A stretch of 64,000 bases of DNA from Candidatus Woesearchaeota archaeon (GTDB lineage: Archaea > Nanobdellota > Nanobdellia > SCGC-AAA011-G17 > PNOQ01): NCBI GenBank assembly GCA_964474895.1, contig CAYYUK010000001.1:92684-156683 (forward strand). Direction: 5' to 3'. Both the position numbers and the translations under genes were made by a program. The notes beneath the pieces are model-generated. The model had not been told where the DNA came from, made no database searches, and saw nothing but the letters and a program-made list of their open reading frames with translations. Below, piece after piece: positions 1 to 9,788 of the stretch; positions within the stretch are counted from its first letter, which is position 1; every line of letters begins with the position of its first letter.

Positions 1-782
1 TTTTCGTGTCTTTGAGTTAGTTCTGCAATTCTTGCATTTTTATCATTTTCTAAAGATAGTTGAAGCTCAGAAATTTTTTCGACAAGACCCTTCGGGTCTT
101 GTATTAATTGTACCCGGCCATTCTCGTCAGCGTACAACAGATTATCGCCCCTAGCAATAAGGACGCCATTCCCGTCACGGTAAAGCCCCCTGAGACCTGA
201 TTGGTTTCCAGGTGTCCAAACTTTAACTCCTTCTTCTGAAGATTCTAATTCTTCAGTTTCTGAATTGTATGAAACTCTTCCATCTTGTTTTAGATATGGA
301 GCTTCTCTAACTAAAATATTTCCAGTTTCTGTAAATGTGAAACCATCTCCTTCTTTTTCAACACCCAAACCAGAAACAACTAAAGGAACTTTTGTTGAGT
401 CTTTTCCAATTATTCCTAAAACTTTTTGTCTTAGTTGTTCATTTGGTCCTTCATTTGAATAAATAACTATAGAATCTGTATCTGCATATGTTGAATTTAT
501 TTCGGGTATTGCGTCCCAATATTGTACTACTTCTTTATCACTTAAAAGATGAGCATTTACTCCTAGTCCTTTTAAAATCTGATTAATTGCTGACGCTCTT
601 GGCGTATTTGAATGTGTAATTGTTTGATTTTTCTTAAATCTTTGAGAATATTGTATTCCTTGAACATCTTTAAACTGTTCATTTACTTTTCTTACAACTG
701 CTTGTCCTAATTCATCGTATATTAGATTTCCAACTACTGGAGATTCTACGACTGGATTTCCTTGTAATTTGTAGTCTTTCAT
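1..782 (-). CDS. Hypothetical protein, N-terminal ~260 aa only (gene runs off the window start). Contains a PolB motif-C-like YADTDS(IVIY) segment.
   Basis: Minus-strand ATG at 780-782 with an in-frame stop just upstream (789-791). Open frame to position 1. Hand translation gives MKDYKLQGNPVV...EINSTYADTDSIVIYSNEG... Confidence 0.4.
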   Translation of the reverse strand, partial: MKDYKLQGNPVVESPVVGNLIYDELGQAVVRKVNEQFKDVQGIQYSQRFKKNQTITHSNTPRASAINQILKGLGVNAHLLSDKEVVQYWDAIPEINSTYADTDSIVIYSNEGPNEQLRQKVLGIIGKDSTKVPLVVSGLGVEKEGDGFTFTETGNILVREAPYLKQDGRVSYNSETEELESSEEGVKVWTPGNQSGLRGLYRDGNGVLIARGDNLLYADENGRVQLIQDPKGLVEKISELQLSLENDKNARIAELTQRHE

Positions 783-852
783 TGTTGTTTACCTCTTGAT
801 TTCTCTTGGAAGTATTGATTTGGTTTAGTTTATAAGTGTTTCTATTGTGTTG

Positions 853-1713
853 TTACTTGAAAGTTGTTAATACTTTCTGTTTTTTGGCACATAATGGAAC
901 TAAGGGTTTTAGTTTATCAATCGGATTTTCATTCCAGTTTATTGAAAACAATTTTAGATTTAGCTTTTTGTACAAAGATATTTTGAGTTCTTTTCTCTTT
1001 AGATAAGGTTCACTATGATAAATTCCCCAGTATTCTATATAAAGATCTAATTCTGGCAAGTAAAAATCACATTTGTACTGCTTATTCTTGAAATCAAATA
1101 TTTTCTCTACTTCATGAGATATTCCATTTTCATATAAAAAATTATCAATTAAAAGTTCAGGACAGCTTCTAACTCTATGGCCATCATTACATGATATTAG
1201 TCCGCTGAATCCGTAAGCTCCTTTTCTGCATTTTATATTCCACATTTTTAGATAATTTAGGATGGTTGTACCTGTAACTCCATACTTTTTAGAAATTAAT
1301 CTAGCAGATTTTCCCTTAAGATATTCATTTATTATCTTTTTCTTATATAAATTCAAGTCAACTTTGCAATTTGGATGGTTTATCCCTTTGCATTTTCCCA
1401 CCCTAGATTTAGACATTTTCCTTTTGGAATTTTTAGAGTGGGTTCTACCGTAGAAATGATTTTTATTTCCTAATGTGGAATTTCTTATTTTTTCTTTTAT
1501 TTCTTCAGAAGTTTTTATTCCCACATTCCATGGAACCCTGCCTGTTAAACTCTTTCTTATGTTATCTTTGTGCTTCTTAGATAATTTTATTCCCTTTCTA
1601 GATTCTTTTGATTTTTCTGCATATTTTTTTACTCTTGGATCTGATTTGGTTAAACCCTTGTTCCAAGCTACTTGTGATCCTTTTCTTCCTTTATTCCACG
1701 GAATTCTTTTCAT
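853..1713 (-). CDS. Free-standing homing-endonuclease-like protein: N-terminal NUMOD3-type repeats, an HTH, and a C-terminal Vsr/DUF559-like PD-(D/E)xK nuclease domain
   Basis: Four to five repeats of WNKG..S.E.K.KIS type (NUMOD3-like). C-terminal CDFYLPELDLYIEYWGIYH matches the Vsr/DUF559 D...E.K/ExW signature. Located 56 bp downstream of polB on the same strand. Confidence 0.55.
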   Translation of the reverse strand: MKRIPWNKGRKGSQVAWNKGLTKSDPRVKKYAEKSKESRKGIKLSKKHKDNIRKSLTGRVPWNVGIKTSEEIKEKIRNSTLGNKNHFYGRTHSKNSKRKMSKSRVGKCKGINHPNCKVDLNLYKKKIINEYLKGKSARLISKKYGVTGTTILNYLKMWNIKCRKGAYGFSGLISCNDGHRVRSCPELLIDNFLYENGISHEVEKIFDFKNKQYKCDFYLPELDLYIEYWGIYHSEPYLKRKELKISLYKKLNLKLFSINWNENPIDKLKPLVPLCAKKQKVLTTFK

Positions 1714-1768
1714 TAATTAAATTATAGAAACTTGATTTAAATAGCTCACTAGCGTCTATGTCAAGATG

Positions 1769-4084
1769 TCAACCATGATTAAACTCAAATAGTTTGGTTT
1801 GTTTTTTCCCTTCTATTAGCTCATCGAAATTTGTGTCAAAAAAGTCTAGAACTGCTTCGGCTATTGGTTTTATTTGTTTCTTAATATAGTGATCATAATT
1901 TATTTTATGTTTTTGGTTTTGTATTGGTTCTGGACCATCTGTTGTTATGTAATATTCTATTGTGCTAGATTCTACTTTCTTCAGTTTTTTTGCGGCTTTT
2001 AAATGAGGGGGATTTACTTTATACCCTTCTATCCCTTTCCTTAAAGATTTTCTATATATTAACTTATCATCATATTTTCCTTTCATTAAATCATCTACAA
2101 ATTTCTTAACGAATTTTGTAACTTCTTTTTTATGGAAGATTCTGTCTAACAATTCTAATTGAAATTCTTTTGCAGCTTCAGTCCAATCTCCCCTTACAGA
2201 TTCTAGCCCAACTATGTCTAGTTTTTCTTTTCCATTTTTTTTCAATAATCCAGCATACCTTTTTTTTGCGCCTTCTTCACTGCCCCTTATTTTTGGCATC
2301 ATAAATCTTGTATACAACTTTTCATATTCTAACTCCAAGTAGCTAGTTCTGTTGTATTTTTCTTTTATGTGTTTTTTATAGAAAGAATTAATTTCTTTTT
2401 CTAGTTTTTTACCTATTTCTTCTGCTTTTTTCTCAGTGTCAACTTTCGTGTCTATAAAAATAGAATCCGTATCAGAATAAATTACCCTATGTCCTTTTTC
2501 TTCAACCATCTTCGCTGTTTGTTTTATTAATTCTTGTCCAAAATGTGTTATGGCATTTGCTATCTTTGTGTTGTAAAATCTACAGTTTGGATTTGCTAAA
2601 ACTCCAAAGAATGAATTCATCAAAATCTTTATTGCGTATCTCCCTATTTCATCTTTCTTTTCTTTGGTTTTATCTCTTGCAGCCCATAGTGTTGGTATTA
2701 TCTCTTGCAGAATTCCGTCTTTTGAATCAAAATATGCTTTGTTTGGTGATTCTATTGCTCCTCTTTTCTTTTTTTCTAGATAAGAAGAAGGATCTATGTT
2801 GAAAGTTCTAATTAGTGAAGGATACAGTGATTTGAAATCAAGAACTATTAAGTTATCATAGATTCCGGGGATTGATTCCATAACATATCCGCCCTTTATT
2901 CTTGTTTCTCTTTCTTTTGGATCTGCTGTTGGAGCAACTAATTTTCTTGCTCTTGCTTTTTGAAGATATAAGAAATCTAATGATGCTATTGACGCGTTAA
3001 CTCTATCTAGTTGCATTCCTGTTAGCAAAGATCTTTGTATTGCCAAATCCAATAAAACTGTTTTTGTAATTATTTTGTAGGCTAATTCTGAGTCCATTAG
3101 ATTGTATTCAACTAATTTTTTTGGGTCCTTCTTGTAAAGTCTGTCTATTTCTTCATATTTTTCTTTTCCAGTTGTTTCTATTAATTTTGATGCACCAAGT
3201 AATTCCTTCGCTACAGTATTTAGCCTATAGTTGTCCAGTTTTACAAATGATGATTTTGTTAAATCTATACCGTCCAAAACTACTCTTCCTGTGATGTCTG
3301 CTTTACTTGTCCTAAAGAAATTCTTCTCCAATCTTAATTTTGAAACTGAATTATCTCTGCCTAAAATAAATGGGATTTCATATTTTTTGAATTTTTCATT
3401 CATAAATTTTAAATCAAAATTGACTACATTCCACCCTGTTATTATGTCTGGATCCAAATCCATTACTTCTTTGTAAAATTTTTCTATTGCTTCTTCTTCA
3501 GTCTTGTAAGATATTGCTCCTTTAACTTTTTTGTCTGAAACAATAATTACTTTTTTATAATCTTTTGAATATAGAGAAACACAGTATAAGGTTTTTGCAT
3601 CTTTATTTGTTTCTATGTCGAATGAAAGTATTTTGAGATTTTTTGGTATGTAATCAGATGATTTTATTTCTGGATTTTTATATATTCTGTCAACCGTTTC
3701 ATGCAGTTCAGATTCTCCATCGATTTCTATTGCCCCTTGGATATTGTTGTCTATCAGAAATCTTACTGGGAATCTTATGTCTGCCTCATATGTTTTGATA
3801 TTCTCTTTTCCTAGTTCAGATCTCAACTCAAATACATCTTTTGGAGAATTTAGTATAATTTTTGTTACTGGTTCTTTTTTGAAATTAGTTAGGTTTGTTT
3901 TTTCAAATTTGAATTCTTCTGCTATTTTTTCTGCTTTTTTTTGATGTTTTGTTTCTATGAAAATGTATGGCTCGAATTCATTTATAGTTAAGAATGATTG
4001 GTTGTTTTCCAGCTTACCATAGAGAAAAACGTATGATTTTCCATTCAATATCCTATAAGTTGAGTAAATTATGAACCCTTTCAT
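1769..4084 (-). CDS. polB: Family B DNA polymerase (PolB)
   Basis: Exo I FDIET, motif A DFKSLYPSLI, motif B KILMNSFFGVLA and motif C IYSDTDSIF are present. The 771-aa length fits an intein-free archaeal PolB. Confidence 0.92.
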   Translation of the reverse strand: MKGFIIYSTYRILNGKSYVFLYGKLENNQSFLTINEFEPYIFIETKHQKKAEKIAEEFKFEKTNLTNFKKEPVTKIILNSPKDVFELRSELGKENIKTYEADIRFPVRFLIDNNIQGAIEIDGESELHETVDRIYKNPEIKSSDYIPKNLKILSFDIETNKDAKTLYCVSLYSKDYKKVIIVSDKKVKGAISYKTEEEAIEKFYKEVMDLDPDIITGWNVVNFDLKFMNEKFKKYEIPFILGRDNSVSKLRLEKNFFRTSKADITGRVVLDGIDLTKSSFVKLDNYRLNTVAKELLGASKLIETTGKEKYEEIDRLYKKDPKKLVEYNLMDSELAYKIITKTVLLDLAIQRSLLTGMQLDRVNASIASLDFLYLQKARARKLVAPTADPKERETRIKGGYVMESIPGIYDNLIVLDFKSLYPSLIRTFNIDPSSYLEKKKRGAIESPNKAYFDSKDGILQEIIPTLWAARDKTKEKKDEIGRYAIKILMNSFFGVLANPNCRFYNTKIANAITHFGQELIKQTAKMVEEKGHRVIYSDTDSIFIDTKVDTEKKAEEIGKKLEKEINSFYKKHIKEKYNRTSYLELEYEKLYTRFMMPKIRGSEEGAKKRYAGLLKKNGKEKLDIVGLESVRGDWTEAAKEFQLELLDRIFHKKEVTKFVKKFVDDLMKGKYDDKLIYRKSLRKGIEGYKVNPPHLKAAKKLKKVESSTIEYYITTDGPEPIQNQKHKINYDHYIKKQIKPIAEAVLDFFDTNFDELIEGKKQTKLFEFNHG

Positions 4085-4135
4085 GAGTTTAGACTATTGA
4101 TTAAGTTTTTAAAGTTTTATTATTGTCTTTTTGTT

Positions 4136-5008
4136 ATGGATAATTGGAAGAAGGCTGGAGAAATTGCTTCTGAAGCTAGGAAATTTGGTGCAAGGTTGAT
4201 TAAGCCAGGAGCAAGTATTTTTGAAGTTACTGAGAAAATTGAAGCTAAAATTGAGGAATTGAATGGTAATTTGGCTTTTCCCACTCAATTATCTAGTAAT
4301 AATGTTGCAGCCCATTATAATGCTTTGATTGGAGATACTTCTAAATTTGGAAAGAACGATTTGATTAAACTTGATTTGGGTGTTCATATTGAAGGTTGTA
4401 TTGCTGATTGTGCTATTACTGTTGATTTAAGCGGAAAGAATTCTAAGTTGGTTGATGCTTCTAGAAATGCTTTGAAGGCCGCAATTGAAGTTATAAAGCC
4501 AGGAATTACACTTTCTGAAGTTGGTTCTGTGATTAGTAATGAGATAACTTCTGCAGGTTTTGTTCCTGTTAAAAATCTTAGTGGACATGGTTTGGGCGAG
4601 TATAATATTCATGATTCCCCAAGTATTCCAAATTATGATAATGGTGATGATACTAAATTGGTGAAAGATCAGAAAATTGCTATTGAGCCTTTTGCAAGTA
4701 CTGGTTCTGGAATTGTTGTTGAAGGAAAGGGTTCTGAGGTATTCGGCTTACAGAATATCAAGAACGTTAGGAATATGCAAGCTAGAAATATAATGAAATT
4801 TGTAACTGAGAATTTTAAGACTCTTCCTTTTGCTAAAAGACATTTGCTTGAGAAGTTTAATAAGTTTCAAATTGCAGTTGGTGTGAATAATTTAGTTAGA
4901 GAAGGTGTTTTGATGGAGTATCATGTTTTACAAGAAAAAGATCCTTCTGTTTTAGTTTCTCAAGCTGAGAATACTGTTATTGTTGGTGAAGGTCAAACTA
5001 CTTTTTGA
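4136..5008 (+). CDS. map: Methionine aminopeptidase, type 2 (archaeal)
   Basis: Pita-bread fold motifs (DLGVHIEGCIADCAITV, HGLGEYNIH). The track ORF starts at 4097, but ATG 4136 (MDNWKK) is the more likely start. Confidence 0.85.
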   Translation: MDNWKKAGEIASEARKFGARLIKPGASIFEVTEKIEAKIEELNGNLAFPTQLSSNNVAAHYNALIGDTSKFGKNDLIKLDLGVHIEGCIADCAITVDLSGKNSKLVDASRNALKAAIEVIKPGITLSEVGSVISNEITSAGFVPVKNLSGHGLGEYNIHDSPSIPNYDNGDDTKLVKDQKIAIEPFASTGSGIVVEGKGSEVFGLQNIKNVRNMQARNIMKFVTENFKTLPFAKRHLLEKFNKFQIAVGVNNLVREGVLMEYHVLQEKDPSVLVSQAENTVIVGEGQTTF

Positions 5009-5438
5009 GAAAATATCTACTAGCAATTAAAATATTTGGTGATGAAACTTCTCCCTTTTCTGTCATTTCTTCTATTTGTTCTAATGTAAACCATTCATAT
5101 TCTTTATTTTCGGGTTCTTCTATTATTTCTGCCAGATAATGAAGCAAAACAATTTGCTCTGGTTTTCCATCCCTTGTAATTTGTCCAACTATTGGTAGTG
5201 GAGTGTCATTAATTATTCTAACTTCCAGATTCAGATCTTGCTTAGCTTTATTTATTGCATTTTGTTTTGGACTTACACCATCATCTAATCTTCCACCAAT
5301 AAATTGATATTTCTCTGTGCTTGGTGCCTTATGCAACATAATTTTATTGTCTCTAATTATTACTGGACCTGTTGCATGTGTGAACTTAGTTGGTTCTCCA
5401 TTCAAGTTAAATCCATCCAAATTAAATAATTTTGTCAT
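4998..5438 (-). CDS. NUDIX-fold protein with a degenerate Nudix box
   Basis: GGRLDDGVSPKQNAINKAKQDLNLEV resembles Gx5Ex7REUxEExGU but lacks the REx2EE residues. Confidence 0.3.
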   Translation of the reverse strand: MTKLFNLDGFNLNGEPTKFTHATGPVIIRDNKIMLHKAPSTEKYQFIGGRLDDGVSPKQNAINKAKQDLNLEVRIINDTPLPIVGQITRDGKPEQIVLLHYLAEIIEEPENKEYEWFTLEQIEEMTEKGEVSSPNILIASRYFLKK

Positions 5439-5468
5439 GGTTTCAGAAAGAATAAGAGATATAAAAGT

Positions 5469-7763
5469 TTAACCCATATACTGGTGGGTTTCTCTCATTG
5501 CTGCTCCTCTTGCAACTTTTAAGTATTGTTCTTCAATTTCTTTGTATTTCTTCACATCATTCTCTGTAATTGAAGGTCTTACTTTCTTTACAGCATCTTC
5601 GAAATTACCCATTGTAATTTCTTTTGCCTTTATATCTTTTCTAAGTGCGATCATTCCAGATTCCCTACAAATTGCATCAATATCTGCTCCAGTATACATC
5701 TCAGTTAATTCTGCTAATCTTGTTGTGTTCACGTCAGTTGATAGCTTCATTCCTTGTGTGTGTACATCAAATATTTGTTTTCTGCTTTTTTTATCTGGAA
5801 CTGGAGCCAACAAAATTCTGTCAAATCTTCCTGGTCTCAATAATGCTGAATCTACTTTATCTGGTCTGTTTGTAGTTCCGATTACAACAACATCATTCAA
5901 TTCTTCCAAACCATCTAGTTCTGTTAAGAACTGGCTTACAACTCTTGATGTAACTTCATGAGTATCTCCTGCTGTAGATGTTACTGAATCTATTTCATCA
6001 AATAAAATAATTGTTGGTGAAACTTCTCTTGCTTTGGAGAATATTTTTCTTATTCCTTTTTCAGATTCTCCAACCCATTTAGACATTAACTCAGGTCCCT
6101 TTACAACTATGAAGTTCGCTTCTGATTCTCCTGCGACTGCTTTTGCTAAAAGAGTTTTACCTGTGCCCGGCGGACCGTAGAGTAAGATTCCCTTTGGGGG
6201 TCTAATCCCAATCCTTTTGAATGAATCTGGATTTTTTAGGGGCCATTCTACTGCTTCTTTTAATTCTGATTTAACATTTTCAAGTCCACCAACATCTGCC
6301 CACTTAACATTTGGTTTTTCTACCAGAACTTCTCTCATTGCAGATGGTCTTACTAATTTTAGTGCATCGTGAAAGTCTTTCTCTGTTATTTTTAATTTGT
6401 CTAAATATCCTTGTGGTATTTTTTCTTTTTCTTTTAATTTTAGTTCAGGCAATATTTTTCTCAATGCAGCCATTGCAGCTTCTTTTGCTAATGCTTGTAA
6501 ATCTGCACCTACAAAACCGTGTGTTAATTTTGCCAACTCATTTAGATTAATTCCTTTTGTAAGTGGCATGTTTCTTGTATGGATTTGCAAAATAGTCAAT
6601 CTGCCTTTTTCATTTGGTACTCCGAATACTATTTCTCTATCAAATCTTCCTGGCCTTCTTAGTGCTGGATCAATTGAATTTGCTCTGTTCGTTGCAGCCA
6701 TTATTACAACGTTTCCTCTTTGATTTAGTCCGTCCATCAAAGTTAGTAACTGTGCTACAACCCTCCTTTCAACTTCCCCTTGTGTTTCTTCTCTCTTTGA
6801 AGCAATTGCATCTAGTTCATCTATAAAAATTATAGAAGGTGCTTTTTCAGAAGCATCATCAAATATCTTTCTAAGTTTTTTCTCTGATTCTCCATAAAAT
6901 TTATTCATAATCTCTGGTCCGTTAACTAACATGAAATTTGCTTCTGTTTCATTTGCTACTGCTTTTGCTAAAAGTGTTTTACCTGTGCCCGGCGGACCGT
7001 AGAGTAAGATTCCCTTTGGGGGTTCTATACCTAATTTTTCAAAAAGTTCTGGATGTTTCATTGGCAACTCTACCATTTCCCTAACTTTCTTTACTTCTTC
7101 ATCCAAGCCACCAATATCTTCGTATGTTACATCAGGAGCTATTGCATCTTCTTTGATTTCTACTTTTTTTGAACTTAAATGTATTTCAGTGTTTTCTGTA
7201 ATTATTGATGGTACTCCTGCTGGTTTTGAATCTGCTACGATAAATCTTAAACTTCCTACAGAACCCATGAATCCAGATCCCATGACATCAGAAAATAGTC
7301 CTTCAAATATATCTTCAAATGGACTTCCTGAAAATGTTGATCTTCTTCTGCTTGAACCACCTAAAGATAATATGTCTCCTACAACTACCGCTCTTCCCAA
7401 AAGGCTCCTTTTTAGTGCATTTGGATCTGCTCTAACCATTACTCCTTGTTGTGCTGGTGCTATCGTTATTTTTTTTGCTTCCTTAACTTCTGTTTTTCTA
7501 ACAGTTACTGATTCTCCAATACCTGTTTTGGCATTTCTTCTTAGAATTCCATCCATCCTTATTACAGATTCACCTACATCTGTTGGATAGGCCCTATCTA
7601 CAATCCCTACAGTTTTTCTTCCGCCTTCTATTTCTACTATGTCTCCAGGCCTTACGCCCATGTCTTTCATATCTTGACCATCAATTCTAACTATTCCTTT
7701 GTATGCTTCTTCTTGCATAGCTTCCATTACTTTCAAACCAATTTCTGCATTTTCTTTTGCCAT
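5469..7763 (-). CDS. cdc48: Cdc48/VCP-like AAA+ ATPase (two AAA domains plus Cdc48 N-domain)
   Basis: Two GPPGTGKT Walker A motifs and two DExD Walker B motifs. N-terminal double-psi barrel-like region. C-terminus ends ...HQYMG. Confidence 0.92.
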   Translation of the reverse strand: MAKENAEIGLKVMEAMQEEAYKGIVRIDGQDMKDMGVRPGDIVEIEGGRKTVGIVDRAYPTDVGESVIRMDGILRRNAKTGIGESVTVRKTEVKEAKKITIAPAQQGVMVRADPNALKRSLLGRAVVVGDILSLGGSSRRRSTFSGSPFEDIFEGLFSDVMGSGFMGSVGSLRFIVADSKPAGVPSIITENTEIHLSSKKVEIKEDAIAPDVTYEDIGGLDEEVKKVREMVELPMKHPELFEKLGIEPPKGILLYGPPGTGKTLLAKAVANETEANFMLVNGPEIMNKFYGESEKKLRKIFDDASEKAPSIIFIDELDAIASKREETQGEVERRVVAQLLTLMDGLNQRGNVVIMAATNRANSIDPALRRPGRFDREIVFGVPNEKGRLTILQIHTRNMPLTKGINLNELAKLTHGFVGADLQALAKEAAMAALRKILPELKLKEKEKIPQGYLDKLKITEKDFHDALKLVRPSAMREVLVEKPNVKWADVGGLENVKSELKEAVEWPLKNPDSFKRIGIRPPKGILLYGPPGTGKTLLAKAVAGESEANFIVVKGPELMSKWVGESEKGIRKIFSKAREVSPTIILFDEIDSVTSTAGDTHEVTSRVVSQFLTELDGLEELNDVVVIGTTNRPDKVDSALLRPGRFDRILLAPVPDKKSRKQIFDVHTQGMKLSTDVNTTRLAELTEMYTGADIDAICRESGMIALRKDIKAKEITMGNFEDAVKKVRPSITENDVKKYKEIEEQYLKVARGAAMRETHQYMG

Positions 7764-7764
7764 T

Positions 7765-8121
7765 TTATCTCCTTATCTTTCTGAATTCTAAACTTAATCT
7801 TCCCGGTTTGTCTAAACATAATCTCATCATCTTATCCATTTCTTTTTCCATTTGCAGGAATTCTTCTTCGAAAGTTATGATCTCTTTTGGTATTGTAACT
7901 GAAAAACTGTTTCCAACCATTCTTAATTTTACTAGGAAATCTCTTTCTCTCAGTTTTTTAAAGTTTTCGAATTGTTTAATATCTGTAGGGTGAAAATATT
8001 TTTCTTTGCATTTTGGACATTCAGAATATCTTAGTTTAAAACCATCTTTCTCGACGGTGTTTTTATTAGTTTTTGTGTCGCATTTACTGCAAACAATTTG
8101 AGCATCAAATATATCTTTCAT
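7765..8121 (-). CDS. Small zinc-ribbon plus AbrB/MazE-like (swapped-hairpin) DNA-binding protein
   Basis: CSKC...CPKC zinc ribbon at the N-terminus. [16 protein letters not shown] resembles an AbrB/SpoVT domain. Confidence 0.4.
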   Translation of the reverse strand: MKDIFDAQIVCSKCDTKTNKNTVEKDGFKLRYSECPKCKEKYFHPTDIKQFENFKKLRERDFLVKLRMVGNSFSVTIPKEIITFEEEFLQMEKEMDKMMRLCLDKPGRLSLEFRKIRR

Positions 8122-8217
8122 TTTGTGTTAGTTATTTTTGTGTATACGGGGAGTGTATACTTATTTATAAAAGTTATGGTTGGATACTTTTATAAATTAA
8201 AAATCTAAATTTCAATC

Positions 8218-9165
8218 ATGATTGAATATCTCTATTTAGTTATTGGTCTTGTTCTATTAGTTGCTGGTGCTAATTATCTTATTAAGGGTTCTACAAACTT
8301 GGCAAAGAGATTCGGTGTTTCTGAGCTCATTGTTGGTCTTATAGTTCTTGCTTTTGGAACTTCTCTTCCTGAACTGATGGTTAGTGTTCTTTCTGCCCTT
8401 GGCGGAAATACGGATATTGCTTTGGGGAATGTTATTGGAAGCAATATCTCTAATACATTGCTCATTCTTGGATTATGTGCTGTTATCTTTCCTTTGGTTG
8501 TAAAGAAGAGTATAGCTTGGAAAGAAATCCCCCTGGGCATCCTAGCTGTTTCTTCGCTTGTTATCCTTTCTGGAGAAATAGTTTTTGGTTTCACTCCTGT
8601 GTTTGGGAGGTTTGATGGAATTATTTTCCTCTCTCTTTTTTTGGTATTCCTATACTACTCTTACAAATCTCTAAAAGTTCATAAGGTCGTAACTGTTGAT
8701 ATAAAGAAAAATAAAGATTTCTTAACTGCCCTAATGATTCTTGGCGGTTTGGCTGCTGTTTTATTTGGAGGGCATTTAATTGTTGATAATGCAGTACTTA
8801 TTGCCAATAAGGTTGGAATTAGCCAATTTTTGGTTTCTGCTACAATTATAGCAATTGGTAGTTCTCTCCCTGAGTTGGTTGTCTCTCTCGTTGCAATCTT
8901 TAAGAAAAAAGCTAACTTGGCAATTGGTAATATTGTTGGTTCTAATATTTTTAATATCTTTTACATCTTAGGTATTACTGCTTTGATTAAGCCCATCACA
9001 ATTCCTTTGTTTGCTTTCTTCGACATTACTTTCTTATTAATTACAAGTTTGCTTCTATTTGCATCTATATTTATTGGTAGAAAGTATGCTATCGGAAAGT
9101 CAAGCGGAATTATCTTCCTAATTTTGTATTTGATTTATTTAATGATAATAATTGCAAGAGGGTAA
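8218..9165 (+). CDS. Na+/Ca2+ exchanger (CaCA/YrbG) family membrane protein
   Basis: Two alpha-repeat motifs, GTSLPELMVSV and GSSLPELVVSL, each followed by GNVIGSNI and GNIVGSNIFN. Ten predicted TM segments. TATA-like ttttataaatt lies about 27 nt upstream. Confidence 0.75.
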   Translation: MIEYLYLVIGLVLLVAGANYLIKGSTNLAKRFGVSELIVGLIVLAFGTSLPELMVSVLSALGGNTDIALGNVIGSNISNTLLILGLCAVIFPLVVKKSIAWKEIPLGILAVSSLVILSGEIVFGFTPVFGRFDGIIFLSLFLVFLYYSYKSLKVHKVVTVDIKKNKDFLTALMILGGLAAVLFGGHLIVDNAVLIANKVGISQFLVSATIIAIGSSLPELVVSLVAIFKKKANLAIGNIVGSNIFNIFYILGITALIKPITIPLFAFFDITFLLITSLLLFASIFIGRKYAIGKSSGIIFLILYLIYLMIIIARG

Positions 9166-9200
9166 TTCTTAAATTTGGTACCTGATTATTATTAATTAAT

Positions 9201-9788
9201 ATGGATTTTTTTGATGGAGCAAAGAAGGGCATAACTCTTGTATATGGCGAAAGTGCTACTGGTAAGACCACTTTTGGTTTGCAATCTTCATTGGCTATTG
9301 CCAAGAAAGGAAAAGTTTTGTTTCTGGATTGTGATGGAAGTTTCTCTCTTGATAGATTAAAAAAAATGGATCCTGATTGTCGGACATACTTAGATCATTT
9401 CCTTGTTGTTAATTTGAAAGACCTTTTGGAACTTGATTCTAAACTTGAACAATTTGAAAAGATGGTAGATAAATTTGATTTGGTTGTTTTGGACAATATT
9501 GGTTTATATTACAGACTTGGATTAAAAGAAAACTATGTTGTGACAAATAGTCTTATTGTTCGTATATTAAGGAAGCTTAGACATATGTCTGAAGAGATTC
9601 CAATTATAATAATTAGCCAAGTTTATGAAATTGATAAAGGGAAAAAGGTCCTCGGTGGTAAAATGGTTCAAAATTTCTCTGACATTGTATTAGAATTAAA
9701 TAAAGACCCAAGAAAAATTAAAATGTTAAAACCAGAAGAAAAAGAGATTTTATTTAAAATTGAAGATAGTGGTTTAGTTAAGATTTAG
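9201..9788 (+). CDS. radB: RadB-like recombinase paralogue (RecA-superfamily ATPase)
   Basis: Walker A GESATGKTT. VLDNI Walker B. IPIIIISQV. The overall order of motifs matches the short archaeal RadB proteins. Confidence 0.7.
   Translation: MDFFDGAKKGITLVYGESATGKTTFGLQSSLAIAKKGKVLFLDCDGSFSLDRLKKMDPDCRTYLDHFLVVNLKDLLELDSKLEQFEKMVDKFDLVVLDNIGLYYRLGLKENYVVTNSLIVRILRKLRHMSEEIPIIIISQVYEIDKGKKVLGGKMVQNFSDIVLELNKDPRKIKMLKPEEKEILFKIEDSGLVKI

Noticed and set aside
1769-4084. Possible intein in PolB or PolD large subunit
   Set aside because: Protein lengths (771 and 1177 aa) are those of intein-free enzymes, and polymerase motifs are contiguous.
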